From assembly GCA_041678065.1 (NCBI GenBank), contig JBAYOU010000001.1:1-56835 (forward strand): a stretch of 56,835 bases of DNA. Direction: 5' to 3'. Below the pieces are notes generated by a model, which saw only the letters and a program-made list of their open reading frames with translations, was not told where the DNA came from and did not search any database. The stretch is from Parvibaculum sp. GTDB lineage: Bacteria; Pseudomonadota; Alphaproteobacteria; Parvibaculales; Parvibaculaceae. Position 1 is the stretch's first letter. Each line of letters starts with the position of its first letter. Positions 31,267 through 43,130 of this stretch are shown here, one piece after another. The position numbers and the translations under genes are program-made.

Positions 31267-31284
31267 AATTCATTATAATAAATC
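31267..31284. promoter_or_regulatory. Palindromic operator copy
   Basis: aattcattataataaatc, 16/18 to consensus, upstream of CYP153. Confidence 0.6.
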
Positions 31285-31361
31285 ATATGGACGATTCAGC
31301 GTCAAACGCTTTTGTCCCGCAGGCTCCCCCAAAAACCGGCAGCGAGGCTGCCGCAGATACA

Positions 31362-33056
<1,695 letters not shown>

Positions 33057-33121
33057 TCATCAAAACCATATTCGGTCGCCGAGCAATCTTCCTCGCAGCG
33101 CCGGGAGGGGAGCTGCGTTGC

Positions 33122-33568
33122 CTAAGCGGGCTTTGGATCGCGAATGAGAACGGTGCCTTGGGCCGCACAACAGGCGCGGCCCTCGTTCGTCACATCTATA
33201 CGAACCACCGCAGTCGATTTTGTCATCGCAATCAGTTCAGCCACTGCTGTAACCTTGCCCGACGATACCGGCGCCAGCAGATTGAGCTTGAATTCCGTCG
33301 TGGCCGCCCACTGTCCTTTCCGCATATGCGGATAGCAAACGCAGCCGAGAACATGGTCGCACATCGCAGCCAGCACCCCACCATGCATGTTTCCGATCGG
33401 CGTCAACAGCCGGTCGGAAACTTCCATCTCGGCAGTGAGCTTGCCCGGCTCGATATGCGTGATGCGGACCCCCAGAAATTCGGGCAACCCTTTCATTGAA
33501 TTGCTGGCGTTTATGAAACCCTCTGCGATCTCCTGGTTGAACTCCGGCAGTTTTGCAACGATTGTCAT
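33122..33568 (-). CDS. PaaI-family thioesterase
   Basis: GNMHGGVLAAMCD, TTEFKLNLLAP. Confidence 0.88.
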   Translation of the reverse strand: MTIVAKLPEFNQEIAEGFINASNSMKGLPEFLGVRITHIEPGKLTAEMEVSDRLLTPIGNMHGGVLAAMCDHVLGCVCYPHMRKGQWAATTEFKLNLLAPVSSGKVTAVAELIAMTKSTAVVRIDVTNEGRACCAAQGTVLIRDPKPA

Positions 33569-33620
33569 TTCGTTTTCTCCGAACCTTCAATAAATGATCC
33601 CCAGGGCGCGCAGCCGAGGC

Positions 33621-34754
33621 TTACAGATAGGCGTTTGCACTGCTCAACGAGCTCTCGGCGCTTTTCACGAGATCGGCCATGACTTCCGCAGCCGGCTTTA
33701 CCTTGTGAATGAGGCCCATGCCCTGCCCTGCGAAACCGGGAGCGATGTCTTTCCGCTTTACCGCCGCCGCCGCCGCCAGAACCGGCATCGCAACCATGGG
33801 CTGGAAGGGCATGGGCAACGGCTCCAGACCCGCCTCGACAAAAGCCTCGGACCACTTGTTGCGAATGATCCGGGCCGGCTTTCCGGTGACCGTTCGCGAA
33901 ACAAGTGTGTCACCGTCACCCGACTCGACGATCGCTTCCTTCTGGAAGTCCTCGATGCCCGCCTCGTCGGTCGCGAGAAACGCCGTACCGATCCAGGCAC
34001 CTTCGGCGCCGAGCATCATTGCAGCCGCGATCCCGCGCCCGTCGGAAATGCCGCCCGCGCCGAGCACGGGAATGCGACCCGCAACCGCATCGACAACCTG
34101 CGGGATGAGCGCCATCGTTCCGATGGGCGAGTTATGCCCGCCCCCGTCATGACCTTGCGCAACGATCAGATCGATGCCGGAATTGACCACCTGCAGGGCA
34201 TGCTTTACGGCGCCGACGACTGCCATCACCTTGGTGCCGTTGGCGTGGAGCCGATCAAGCCAGGGTCCCGGATTGCCGAGACCCGCCGCATAGACAGGAA
34301 CCCGTTCCTCAACAACGACTTCCATTTGCGCTTCGAAGAATTCTTTCGAAAACAACGGCGCGCTCGATTTGGACGACCGGTGAGCTTCCTCGGATTCCCG
34401 CGCCCTGGATTTCAGCGGCGGTATGTTTTCCTTCTTCAGAAAATCTTGCGCGAATTTTTGGTACTCAGGCAGCAGATCCATCGGAGACGGACCCGCCTTG
34501 CCTTTGTAGGCTTCCCTGCGCACGGAGGCTGGCAGCAGGGTGTCTACACCAAATGGTTTGTCCGTCAACGATCGCGTTTCCCGAATCCATTCGCGCAGCT
34601 GATCGGGAGAACAAGCAGCCGCACCAAGCACACCGAGGCCACCCGCATTCGATACCGCCGCCGCAAGCCGTGGAACGCTCGCACCGCCCATACCGGCCAG
34701 CAAAATCGGGTATTTGATTCCCAGAATATCACATACTCGGCTATGCAGAGTCAT
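33621..34754 (-). CDS. Nitronate monooxygenase/FabK-like flavoprotein
   Basis: YPILLAGMG, AVSNAGGLG, AQGHDGGGH, AGGISDGRG. Confidence 0.88.
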   Translation of the reverse strand: MTLHSRVCDILGIKYPILLAGMGGASVPRLAAAVSNAGGLGVLGAAACSPDQLREWIRETRSLTDKPFGVDTLLPASVRREAYKGKAGPSPMDLLPEYQKFAQDFLKKENIPPLKSRARESEEAHRSSKSSAPLFSKEFFEAQMEVVVEERVPVYAAGLGNPGPWLDRLHANGTKVMAVVGAVKHALQVVNSGIDLIVAQGHDGGGHNSPIGTMALIPQVVDAVAGRIPVLGAGGISDGRGIAAAMMLGAEGAWIGTAFLATDEAGIEDFQKEAIVESGDGDTLVSRTVTGKPARIIRNKWSEAFVEAGLEPLPMPFQPMVAMPVLAAAAAVKRKDIAPGFAGQGMGLIHKVKPAAEVMADLVKSAESSLSSANAYL

Positions 34755-34790
34755 AGCTAACCTCCCATGGGCGACTTCATCGGCCGCGTT

Positions 34791-34806
34791 ATTTATGATC
34801 ATAAAT
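34791..34806. promoter_or_regulatory. Perfect 16-bp palindrome ATTTATGATCATAAAT
   Basis: 37 bp upstream of the NMO-like gene; 11-bp partial copy at 27004-27014. Confidence 0.6.
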
Positions 34807-34869
34807 TAGCGACGCCCAAGGACCGGCGCAAGTGCCGCAAAAAACGACATCGAAATCGCTAGCACTCGC

Positions 34870-35673
34870 CTAGCGTTTCCGTCGGGGAACCCGCGGCACG
34901 CTCAGGTCGTCCACATCCTGCCAACGCACGATCTTGGACATGATGTCGGGATGACGAGATTCCAGATACTTGTCGGATCGGCTTATGAACCGGGACATTT
35001 CGGTGAAGGCGAGGTCCGGATTGCGATCTTCAATCGCCTTGAGAAGCCGTCCGTACGCCTTGATCTGATAATCACGCTCACCTTCGGTGTAAGTTATGCC
35101 GACTTCCGACGCATTCGTAATGTTGTGAAGCGAACTGATCAGAAATCCGATCAAGGGATTGCCAGACGCCCACGCAAGCACGTCGTGGAAACGCCTGTTC
35201 TCCTCCGCATAGGAGTCGCAAGATACGGACAGCGTCTTCAAAGTGGCCAATGAGGTATTCAGCTTGTCGATATCCTCATCGGACGCACGCTCCGCCGCAA
35301 GCGCCGCCATGGTCGGGCCGACCGCTTGCCTCACTTCAATCAGCGAACGGAATGTGGTGCCGAGAAACTGCAGCAGCAACGCCATTGTACTGGCAAAATC
35401 TTTCGGTCGAGGCTCCTGAACAACCGGCCCGCCGCCGGGGCCGGGCCGCAGAAAAATGATGCCCTGCAGTTCCAGAAACCTGAGCGCCTCCCGCAAAGTC
35501 GCGCGGGCCACGCCATACCGTAAGAGCATCTCCTGTTCCGGTGGCAAGCGATCTCCGACCTCGGCACCTTGCTGCTCAATGTCGTCGACAATCTGCCTCG
35601 CAACTGTGAGGGCACGCTTGCCGGACCCTTTCGGAAATCGGCCAACTCGCGAAACGGACACGCTCGCTTTCAT
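34870..35673 (-). CDS. GntR/FadR-family regulator
   Basis: GDRLPPEQEM..YGVARATLREAL; FCD motif NRRFHDVLAWASGN. Confidence 0.9.
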   Translation of the reverse strand: MKASVSVSRVGRFPKGSGKRALTVARQIVDDIEQQGAEVGDRLPPEQEMLLRYGVARATLREALRFLELQGIIFLRPGPGGGPVVQEPRPKDFASTMALLLQFLGTTFRSLIEVRQAVGPTMAALAAERASDEDIDKLNTSLATLKTLSVSCDSYAEENRRFHDVLAWASGNPLIGFLISSLHNITNASEVGITYTEGERDYQIKAYGRLLKAIEDRNPDLAFTEMSRFISRSDKYLESRHPDIMSKIVRWQDVDDLSVPRVPRRKR

Positions 35674-35777
35674 TCGTATACCTGCATTCTTCGTTTTCAA
35701 GACCAATCGCCCCCCATCAGGGAACGGTTGGGCGAACCCGACTACAATACCATCGTCCGTGTTTGCAACATCCCATC

Positions 35778-35795
35778 AATTTATCATAATGGATT
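35778..35795. promoter_or_regulatory. Palindromic operator copy
   Basis: aatttatcataatggatt, 15/18 to consensus, in the divergent gntR/hydrolase gap. Confidence 0.55.
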
Positions 35796-35840
35796 CCGGC
35801 TCTTAATACACATACGAAGAACATTGGAAAAAGGCGTTTG

Positions 35841-36716
35841 ATGTCAGAAAACCGGACCTTGTTCACCCTTGTCCAAAATCTCAAAATCGCGGCGGACGCA
35901 TTCGGCCCCGACCATGGGCGTCCGGTCATGCTCGCCCATGGCGGCGGACAGACACGCCATGCTTGGCAAGCCTGCGGTAAAAGGTTGGGACAAAACGGAT
36001 ACTACACCCTCGCCGTCGATTTGCGCGGGCACGGCGAAAGCGACTGGTCTCCGGACGGAGACTACAGAATGGAGCGTTTCGCGGAGGATCTCCTCGACAT
36101 CGCGGACGGCTTCTCCGTGCCTCCGGTCCTGGTTGGCGCATCTCTGGGCGGCATCGCGGGCATGATCGCGCAGGGAGAATACGCAAAGGCCGGACGGCGC
36201 GGATTTGCGGCGCTGGTCCTCGTCGACATCACCCCTCAGATGAACATGGAGGGTGTTCAAAAAATCCTCGGATTCATGTCGTCGAATGTGGAAGAGGGCT
36301 TCGCCTCGCTTGAGGAAGCAGCCGATACGATATCGCGCTACATGCCCGGCCGGACTCGTCCCAAAAATCTGAGCGGACTGGCGAAGAACCTTCGCCTCAG
36401 GGAAAACGGCCGCTACTACTGGCATTGGGATCCGCGTTTCGTCACCGGCACGCAAAAGCCGCAAGGCAGCCGCGAACCCGAACGCCTCCAAATGGCGGCA
36501 CGTTCCCTGAAAATACCGACGCTCCTTGTCCGCGGCCGCGACAGCGACCTCGTGACGGTCGAAGCGGCGCGGCAATTCGCCGAGATCGTTCCTCATTCCG
36601 AGTTTATCGATGTCGCAAATGCGGGCCATATGGTAGCGGGCGACAAGAACGACATATTTACAAGCGCCGTTCTGGATTTTCTGACGCGAATGGCACCTGC
36701 CGCGAGCGCATCGTAG
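35841..36716 (+). CDS. Alpha/beta hydrolase (BpoA/B-like)
   Basis: HGGGQTRHAW, DLRGHGES, GASLGG, AGHMVAGD. Confidence 0.88.
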   Translation: MSENRTLFTLVQNLKIAADAFGPDHGRPVMLAHGGGQTRHAWQACGKRLGQNGYYTLAVDLRGHGESDWSPDGDYRMERFAEDLLDIADGFSVPPVLVGASLGGIAGMIAQGEYAKAGRRGFAALVLVDITPQMNMEGVQKILGFMSSNVEEGFASLEEAADTISRYMPGRTRPKNLSGLAKNLRLRENGRYYWHWDPRFVTGTQKPQGSREPERLQMAARSLKIPTLLVRGRDSDLVTVEAARQFAEIVPHSEFIDVANAGHMVAGDKNDIFTSAVLDFLTRMAPAASAS

Positions 36717-36811
36717 CCCCAGCCCGGACGTATTCATTCACGCCTGTACGTCTTCGACAGATGAAGACAAGCCAGACAAATTAAGATCGAGAAGAGGAAG
36801 GGAGAAAGCCG

Positions 36812-37552
36812 ATGTCGAATCTGGTTCGTCGCAAGGACAGCGGGCGTATTTGTACGCTGACGCTCAACCGTCCGGAAACCTTGAACGCGCTCAATGTCCC
36901 GCTGTTCGAGGAATTGCGCAGGCATGTGGATGCGCTTCGTGGACAGGTTCACGAGGTGGCATGCGTCATCATCACGGGCGCGGGCAAGGCTTTTTCAGCC
37001 GGCCACGATCTGAAGGACATCCAGAAGGGCGAACGCCCGCCGGAGCCGCATTTCCAGGCGAAGACCATTCAGGCGCTGGCCGAACTGCCGCAACCGGTCG
37101 TCGCCTGCATCCGCGGGCATTGCTATACTGGCGGACTGGAGCTTGCGCTCGCGGCAGATATCATCATCGCCGCGCGCTCCGCCAGGTTCGGCGACACGCA
37201 TAGCAAGTGGGGACTGAGCCCGCTCTGGGGCATGACGCAAAGACTGCCGCGTCGCGTCGGGCTGTCGAAGGCCAAGCAGATGATGTTTACCTCCGATATT
37301 TTCGCGGCGGAGGCGGCGGAGCGTATGGGGCTGGTCGACATTTGTGTCGACGATGTCGAACTGGAACAGGCGACAAATGACCTTGCTCAGCGTATCGCCG
37401 CCAATTCAACCTACAGCAATCAGGTCAACAAAAGTCTGCTGGGCGCGACCGACGGCATGACCGCCCAGGCGGGGCTGGCCTACGAACTCGCGCATAGCCC
37501 CGGTGCCTGCTACGACGCGCGCGAACGGGTCGCCTCATTCGGAAAAAAATGA
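36812..37552 (+). CDS. Enoyl-CoA hydratase/isomerase family protein
   Basis: AFSAGHDL, GHCYTGGLELAL, DTHSKWG. Confidence 0.88.
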   Translation: MSNLVRRKDSGRICTLTLNRPETLNALNVPLFEELRRHVDALRGQVHEVACVIITGAGKAFSAGHDLKDIQKGERPPEPHFQAKTIQALAELPQPVVACIRGHCYTGGLELALAADIIIAARSARFGDTHSKWGLSPLWGMTQRLPRRVGLSKAKQMMFTSDIFAAEAAERMGLVDICVDDVELEQATNDLAQRIAANSTYSNQVNKSLLGATDGMTAQAGLAYELAHSPGACYDARERVASFGKK

Positions 37553-37633
37553 CGGCGGGCCACGCGCCGCGCTGCCTTCGACCTCCTTCGATCTTATGTG
37601 GCGGGTGGAAGTTTTCCACCCGCCCCCCCAGGT

Positions 37634-38899
37634 TCAGCCCGGGATTCTTACCGGCAAGGCCTCATAGCCCTTGATGAAGTTGGAAAAGACCCGCTTTGGT
37701 TCGCCGACCACTTCGATCGGCTTGTCGGGCCAGCGCTTCAGGATTTCTTCCCAGACAATGCGGAGTTGCATTTCCGCCAAGCGGTTGCCGACGCAGCGAT
37801 GAATGCCGAAGCCGAAGGAGAGATGCTGACGCGGCCTTGCACGATCGATGATGAAACGGTTCGGCTCGTCGATGGCCTCCTCGTCCCGGTTGCCCGAGAC
37901 GTACCACATGACAACCCTGTCACCCTTCTTGATCCGCTTGCCGGCCAACTCGGTATCCTGTAGCGCGGTGCGGCGCATGTGGGTGAGCGGCGTCTGCCAG
38001 CGGATGATTTCCGGTATCATGGTTTCAACGAGCGCCGGATTTTCGCGCAGCTTCCTGTACTGATCCGGGTTCTCGTGGAGCGCGAGCAAGCCGCCGGTGA
38101 GCGAATTGCGGGTCGTGTCGTTACCGCCGACGATCAGCAGAATGACATTTCCCAAATACTCCGCCGGACTCATGTTCCTGGTGGACTCACCCTGGGCCAG
38201 CATGGTGATGAGATCGCCGCCCGGTTCAGTTGCGTTCACGCGCTGATTCCACAACTCGGTAAAATAGGCGGCGCATTCGAGAAGCTCTGCCTCGCGAGCT
38301 GCCTCGCCTTCCGGTGTCTTGAAGGCTTCCTCCGAGGTTGCGACGTCGGACCAGCGGGTGAGTTTCCGGCGCTCTTCCCAAGGGAAGTCGAACAGGGTGG
38401 CGAGCATCTGCGTCGTCAGCTCAATCGACACGCGATCGACCCAGTTGAACGTCTCGTTCACCGGAAGCGAATCGAGAATCTTGCCGGCGCGCTCGCGGAT
38501 CGTGCCTTCGAGTTTGGCCAAATTGGCCGGAGCGACGATCGGGCTCACCACCTTCCGCTGCGCGTCATGCTTCGGAGGGTCCATTGCGATGAACATCGGA
38601 AGCTTCAGACCCGCATTATTGTCGCGAATCGTAATTCCCCCCTGCTCGACGTCGGACGAATAGACGCCATGATTGGTCTCGACATGCATGATGTCCTTGT
38701 ATTTTGTCACGGACCAGAAAGGTCCATAAGCGCTTTCCGCACAATAATGCACGGGATCCTCGCGACGCAGCCTTTCGAAATACGGCCACATCCGATTGGA
38801 CCTGAAGAGCTCCGGATCGCTGACATTGAGTTTGTCGAGCGGAATGGCATATGGATCGTCCAAGGACTGGACGCGTTCGGCTACGTTCATGCTGCTCAT
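37634..38899 (-). CDS. Cytochrome P450, CYP153 family
   Basis: MFIAMDPPKHD, LLIVGGNDTTRN, HLSFGFGIHRCVG; GAGGA RBS before ATG 38899. Confidence 0.93.
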   Translation of the reverse strand: MSSMNVAERVQSLDDPYAIPLDKLNVSDPELFRSNRMWPYFERLRREDPVHYCAESAYGPFWSVTKYKDIMHVETNHGVYSSDVEQGGITIRDNNAGLKLPMFIAMDPPKHDAQRKVVSPIVAPANLAKLEGTIRERAGKILDSLPVNETFNWVDRVSIELTTQMLATLFDFPWEERRKLTRWSDVATSEEAFKTPEGEAAREAELLECAAYFTELWNQRVNATEPGGDLITMLAQGESTRNMSPAEYLGNVILLIVGGNDTTRNSLTGGLLALHENPDQYRKLRENPALVETMIPEIIRWQTPLTHMRRTALQDTELAGKRIKKGDRVVMWYVSGNRDEEAIDEPNRFIIDRARPRQHLSFGFGIHRCVGNRLAEMQLRIVWEEILKRWPDKPIEVVGEPKRVFSNFIKGYEALPVRIPG

Positions 38900-38929
38900 G
38901 ATCTTATCCTCGTTTGTGGACGAATATTC

Positions 38930-39144
38930 ACCGGCGCAACCACCATTGAGCCAACCCCGACCCTCTTGGTGCGGCCAGCCATATAGGTGAGGAACTGCGC
39001 CACGTTCGGGCACATGGCCGCCCATATGGAATCGAAGCCAAGCGGCTCGGCCATGCCGGCCATCGCAATTTCATGGGCGTAGACCTCCTGGTCGGTATAA
39101 CCGCCAGCGAGGTTCTGAAAGAACGTGCTCATGCCGACATGCAT
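38930..39144 (-). pseudogene. LLM monooxygenase N-terminal remnant
   Basis: AEPLGFDSIWAA joined to MCPNVAQFLTYMAGRTKRV across a frameshifting deletion that removes EHHF; stops after GSMVV. Confidence 0.8.
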
Positions 39145-39172
39145 GGGAATCTCCTTTTTGTTCAATTCCGCT

Positions 39173-40324
39173 TCACGCGGTGTCGATCCCCAGCGTCTTT
39201 TTTATCGACCGGTGGAAGTATGCAAGAGCCGGCTCGTTGGCGCCGAAAGTCACAAAATCTTGTGCACCCGAGTGAAAATCACGCTGGATATTTTCCGCCA
39301 GCGGAAAATCTTCCTGCTGCACGGTCGCCATCAGCAAGTCCATGTTCTTGGCCCAGTACTTCCTGGCCTTGTCGGTCACGGCGGGTTCGGGCGTATAGAG
39401 AGAGACGTGCATTTTTGATTCATCCACGCTGTCGCCCGGATAAACCCTCCACGTCTCCAGATGATCGCCCTGCATGATGAAGACCGTATTCGGAAAGAGC
39501 ACGTATACAAGCGCGGAGTGGCGGACCAGATCCCACTCGCTTTCCGGCCTCTGGCGCAACGCGTCGATCGTCTTGCGGGCGCCAATCATGCGCAGATTTC
39601 GTGCCATGCCGTCGAACGTGCCGAGGTTCGAGTGCAGGATCGGCGCGATCGTATTCTTGTGAAGTGTGCTCAGATGGTAGGTTTCGAGAAACGTGTCGAT
39701 CACGAGCTTCCAGTTGAGGCGGGCCCGGAGCACGCGTGTCTCGTAGTGGCTGTAACTCGCAAGGCCGAACGCGACGAGATCGTCCGCCATCCCCGCAAGG
39801 TGGCCGTCGATGTCGATCAACCCGCCGGGCGTCGGCATGACCCAGATCATGCCGTATTTCTCCACCACCGGCAGAGGCCGCAAGCCGTTGCTCGTCTTGT
39901 CGACGCTCTCGAAGCCCTGCTCGAACGGTATCGACCTCAGCCTGCCGCTCCGGTCGTAGGTCCATGCGTGATAGGGACAACTGAACACGGTCTTGCCGCT
40001 GCCGCAGCCCGACGCAACGCGCGCGCCACGGTGGCGGCAGACATTGATGAAGGCATTGACCTGCCCCGCTTCATTCCGCACCACCAGGATCGGAACGCCC
40101 GAAAAATCGTCGGTTACATAGTCGCCGGGATTGGGCAATTCGCAGCTCAATCCGATCAGGAGTGGCTCATGCCGGAACAGCATCTCCCGTTCTCGGCCAG
40201 CCTGATCCGGACTGGTGTAGTCACTGACATGATGACGATACACGGCATCGCCCATCGCGGTCTCACCCGCGTCGAGATAGCCGAAGATCTTCCGCAACTG
40301 CTCGACCTGGGCTTCGTGTTTCAT
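39173..40324 (-). CDS. Rieske non-heme iron oxygenase alpha subunit
   Basis: CRHRG...CPYHAW, NWKLVIDTFLETYHLSTLH, C-terminal ED. Confidence 0.92.
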   Translation of the reverse strand: MKHEAQVEQLRKIFGYLDAGETAMGDAVYRHHVSDYTSPDQAGREREMLFRHEPLLIGLSCELPNPGDYVTDDFSGVPILVVRNEAGQVNAFINVCRHRGARVASGCGSGKTVFSCPYHAWTYDRSGRLRSIPFEQGFESVDKTSNGLRPLPVVEKYGMIWVMPTPGGLIDIDGHLAGMADDLVAFGLASYSHYETRVLRARLNWKLVIDTFLETYHLSTLHKNTIAPILHSNLGTFDGMARNLRMIGARKTIDALRQRPESEWDLVRHSALVYVLFPNTVFIMQGDHLETWRVYPGDSVDESKMHVSLYTPEPAVTDKARKYWAKNMDLLMATVQQEDFPLAENIQRDFHSGAQDFVTFGANEPALAYFHRSIKKTLGIDTA

Positions 40325-40361
40325 GATCGCACTTCTCCCGAACAGGTCCCTTGATTATCCG

Positions 40362-41150
40362 TCAGCGGAATAATGGCTCCCGGCGCTCCCGGAACGCCGC
40401 CAGACCTTCCGAAACATTTTCGCCCATCAGCGCGTCCACGACTGCGCTCCGTTCCATATCCAGACCTTCCTGAAGCGATCCGTCGAGTCCGTTTCTGCAA
40501 AGCTGTTTCATGGCGGCAAGACCGCCCGGATTCTTTTTGGCGAGGTCGGCACAATAGGCTTCCGCCATGCCGGCAAGCGCGCTGTCGTCAGCGATATGAT
40601 TCACAAGCCCCCAGGCCAGCGCCTCGTCTGCCTTGAGCCAGCGGCCGCTGAACATCAGATCAAGGGCACGCCGCGAACCGACGATGCGCGCGAGACGCTG
40701 CGTGCCGCCCCAACCCGGCACGAGCCCGTAGCGGGCATGCTGGCATCCCATCTGCGCCGACTGCCCCGCAAAAACCACGTCACATGCCATCATCAATTCC
40801 AGCCCGCCCGCAAGACACAGACCGTTCACCGCGGCGACAATCGGCAGAGGCGAGACCTCAAGACGGCGCAGGACGCGATGACCGCCCGTGATAAACGCTT
40901 CCAGCCGACCCCGCTCCCTGCGAGCGTCGAGGACCTCGTCAAGATCGGCACCGGTGCAGAAGTGCTTGCCACGCGCAAGCAACAGAACGGCACGAACCTT
41001 CCTGTCTCCCTCGAACATTGCGAGAGCCTCGTCGAGACCGGCCATGACAACCGACGAGAGGCAATTGAACTTGTCAGGCCTGTTGAGCGCCACGATTCCG
41101 ACGCCGTCTCGCATCTCGGTCTGGACCGGGGCTTCCGGGGCGCTCGTCAT
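40362..41150 (-). CDS. Enoyl-CoA hydratase (BadK position)
   Basis: HFCTGADL, AGGLEL; follows aliB. Confidence 0.85.
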   Translation of the reverse strand: MTSAPEAPVQTEMRDGVGIVALNRPDKFNCLSSVVMAGLDEALAMFEGDRKVRAVLLLARGKHFCTGADLDEVLDARRERGRLEAFITGGHRVLRRLEVSPLPIVAAVNGLCLAGGLELMMACDVVFAGQSAQMGCQHARYGLVPGWGGTQRLARIVGSRRALDLMFSGRWLKADEALAWGLVNHIADDSALAGMAEAYCADLAKKNPGGLAAMKQLCRNGLDGSLQEGLDMERSAVVDALMGENVSEGLAAFRERREPLFR

Positions 41151-41160
41151 ATCGCCTCCC

Positions 41161-42318
41161 TCACGCATAAGGCACGGCCACCCGGCCGACTTTCTCGCGC
41201 GAAATGATCATCTTCTGGATTTGCTCGGTGCCGTCGCCGATCTGAAGCCCCATCACGTCGCGCAATCTCTGCTGATGAGGCAGATCAGTGCTGTAACCGC
41301 CATGTCCGTGCGTGAGCAGGCAACGGTGGATGACCTGGAAAGCCGTCTTGGGTGCCCACCATTTGCACATCGCGGCTTCGGCGGTATGCGGCAAATCATT
41401 GTCGCGGAGCCAAAGCGTCTTGTAGCAAAGCAGACGCGCCGCCTCGAGCAGCGTCTGGGCTTCGGCCAGCGGTTCCGTGACACCCTGATATTTGGCCAGC
41501 GGATTGCCGAAGGCAACGCGCTCCGTCACATACTTCCAGGTCTCTTCCAGCGATGCGAAGGCCGGAGCCAGACATTGCAGGCCGATCAGCGCGCGGGAAT
41601 AATCGAACCCCTGCATGACCTTCCGGAAACCTTCGCCCTCCGGGCCGACCATGTAGCGCGACGACACCTTAACATTGTCGAAGAATACCGAACCGCGGCC
41701 GACCGCTTTCGAACCTACATCATCGAAGCTCGAACAGGTGATACCCGGCGCGTCGAGCGGCACCAGAAAAGCCGACACACCGCCAGCGCCCGGATTGCTT
41801 TCATCCGTGCGCGCGAGCACAAGAATGTAATCAGCCTGCTCGGCCATCGAGATCGAGGTTTTCTCGCCCGACAGGACGTAGCCGTCGCCATCGGCGCGCG
41901 CTTTCGTCTGCAGATGCGCTGCGTCGGAGCCGCCTCGCGGCTCCGTCAGACCGAGCGCGACGATCGCCTCGCCCGAGCAAATCTTCGGAACGATTTCATC
42001 GGCGACTTCAGGCCTTGCATGCGCGGCGACGATCGATCCCATCAGCGAAGCCAGGAGCTGGACATAACCGACACTAATGTCGCCGCGTGATATTTCCTCG
42101 ATAATAATGCCGGTCGTAACGCTATCGAGTCCCGGCGCCCCGAATTTTTCGGGCAAATCGGCGCCGACGAGGCCAAGCTCACCCATATCCCGGACGAGCT
42201 GTCGATCGATCGCTCCGGCGGCTTCGCGCACCTTGTAGGCGGGCGCGAGCCGCTCGCGCGCAAATCGTGCGGCGGTATCTCGAATGGCTCCCTGGTCGGA
42301 CGTAAAGGCAAAGTCCAA
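41161..42318 (-). CDS. aliB: Cyclohexanecarboxyl-CoA dehydrogenase
   Basis: TEPRGGSDAA, GEKTSIS, AEAAMCKWWAPK, RDVMGLQIGDGT. Confidence 0.85.
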   Translation of the reverse strand: MDFAFTSDQGAIRDTAARFARERLAPAYKVREAAGAIDRQLVRDMGELGLVGADLPEKFGAPGLDSVTTGIIIEEISRGDISVGYVQLLASLMGSIVAAHARPEVADEIVPKICSGEAIVALGLTEPRGGSDAAHLQTKARADGDGYVLSGEKTSISMAEQADYILVLARTDESNPGAGGVSAFLVPLDAPGITCSSFDDVGSKAVGRGSVFFDNVKVSSRYMVGPEGEGFRKVMQGFDYSRALIGLQCLAPAFASLEETWKYVTERVAFGNPLAKYQGVTEPLAEAQTLLEAARLLCYKTLWLRDNDLPHTAEAAMCKWWAPKTAFQVIHRCLLTHGHGGYSTDLPHQQRLRDVMGLQIGDGTEQIQKMIISREKVGRVAVPYA

Positions 42319-42326
42319 GATACCAC

Positions 42327-43118
42327 CTACTTCATATGCTTGCGGAATTCCGGCTTACGCTTTTCATTGAGCGCGTTGACGCCCTCTTTCGACTCCGCCG
42401 AGTTGTAGTAGAGGCGGAGCGCCTGCATGCCAAGACCGCCAATGCCGCGAATATTATCGCTGTCGGCGTTGAACGATTTCTTGGCAATCGCAATCGCCGT
42501 CGGGCTACGCTCGACAAGCTCGGCGCACCAGGCATCCACTTCCTCATCCAGCTTGTCGTCGGGAACGACCGCATTGGCGAGACCCATCGCCAGCGCCTCG
42601 CGCGCCGGATAACGCCGGCACATGTACCAGATTTCGCGCGCCTTCTTCTCCCCGACCACGCGGGCGAGATAGGCGGTGCCGAAGCCGGGATCGACGGAGC
42701 CCATCTTGGGACCCACCTGGCCGAAGATTGCGCTCTCGCCCGCAATCGTCATGTCGCACAACGTCGCCAGCACATTGCCGCCGCCGATGGCGTAGCCCCG
42801 CACCTTCGCGATCACCGGCTTGGGCACGTCGCGAATGACCGTGTGCAGTTCCTCGACCGGCATGCCGATGGTTCCGCGCGTCTCGCCGTCGCCATAGGAA
42901 CCGTCATGATCCGATTGATCGCCGCCGGTGCAAAACGCCTTGTTGCCCGCGCCAGTCAGCACGATCGCACCGATCTCCTCGCTCCAGCCCGCCTTCAGAA
43001 AAGCGTCGATCAGTTCGACGCAGGTGCGGGGGCGGAACGCGTTATAGACCTTCGGACGATTGATGGTGATGGTCGCAACGCCATTTTTCTCATCATACAG
43101 AATGTCTTCGTAGTCCAT
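42327..43118 (-). CDS. badI: 2-ketocyclohexanecarboxyl-CoA hydrolase
   Basis: AFCTGGDQS, GQVGPKMGSVDPGFGT, GEKKAREIWYMCRRY; between badH and aliB. Confidence 0.88.
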   Translation of the reverse strand: MDYEDILYDEKNGVATITINRPKVYNAFRPRTCVELIDAFLKAGWSEEIGAIVLTGAGNKAFCTGGDQSDHDGSYGDGETRGTIGMPVEELHTVIRDVPKPVIAKVRGYAIGGGNVLATLCDMTIAGESAIFGQVGPKMGSVDPGFGTAYLARVVGEKKAREIWYMCRRYPAREALAMGLANAVVPDDKLDEEVDAWCAELVERSPTAIAIAKKSFNADSDNIRGIGGLGMQALRLYYNSAESKEGVNALNEKRKPEFRKHMK

Positions 43119-43130
43119 GAAAATCCCCCG

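Noticed and set aside
38900-39025. Extended N-terminus of CYP153 (463-aa ORF)
   Set aside because: It is an off-frame reading of the LLM remnant; the RBS supports a start at 38899
42327-43118. menB (naphthoate synthase) assignment
   Set aside because: No men genes nearby; context between badH and aliB favours badI
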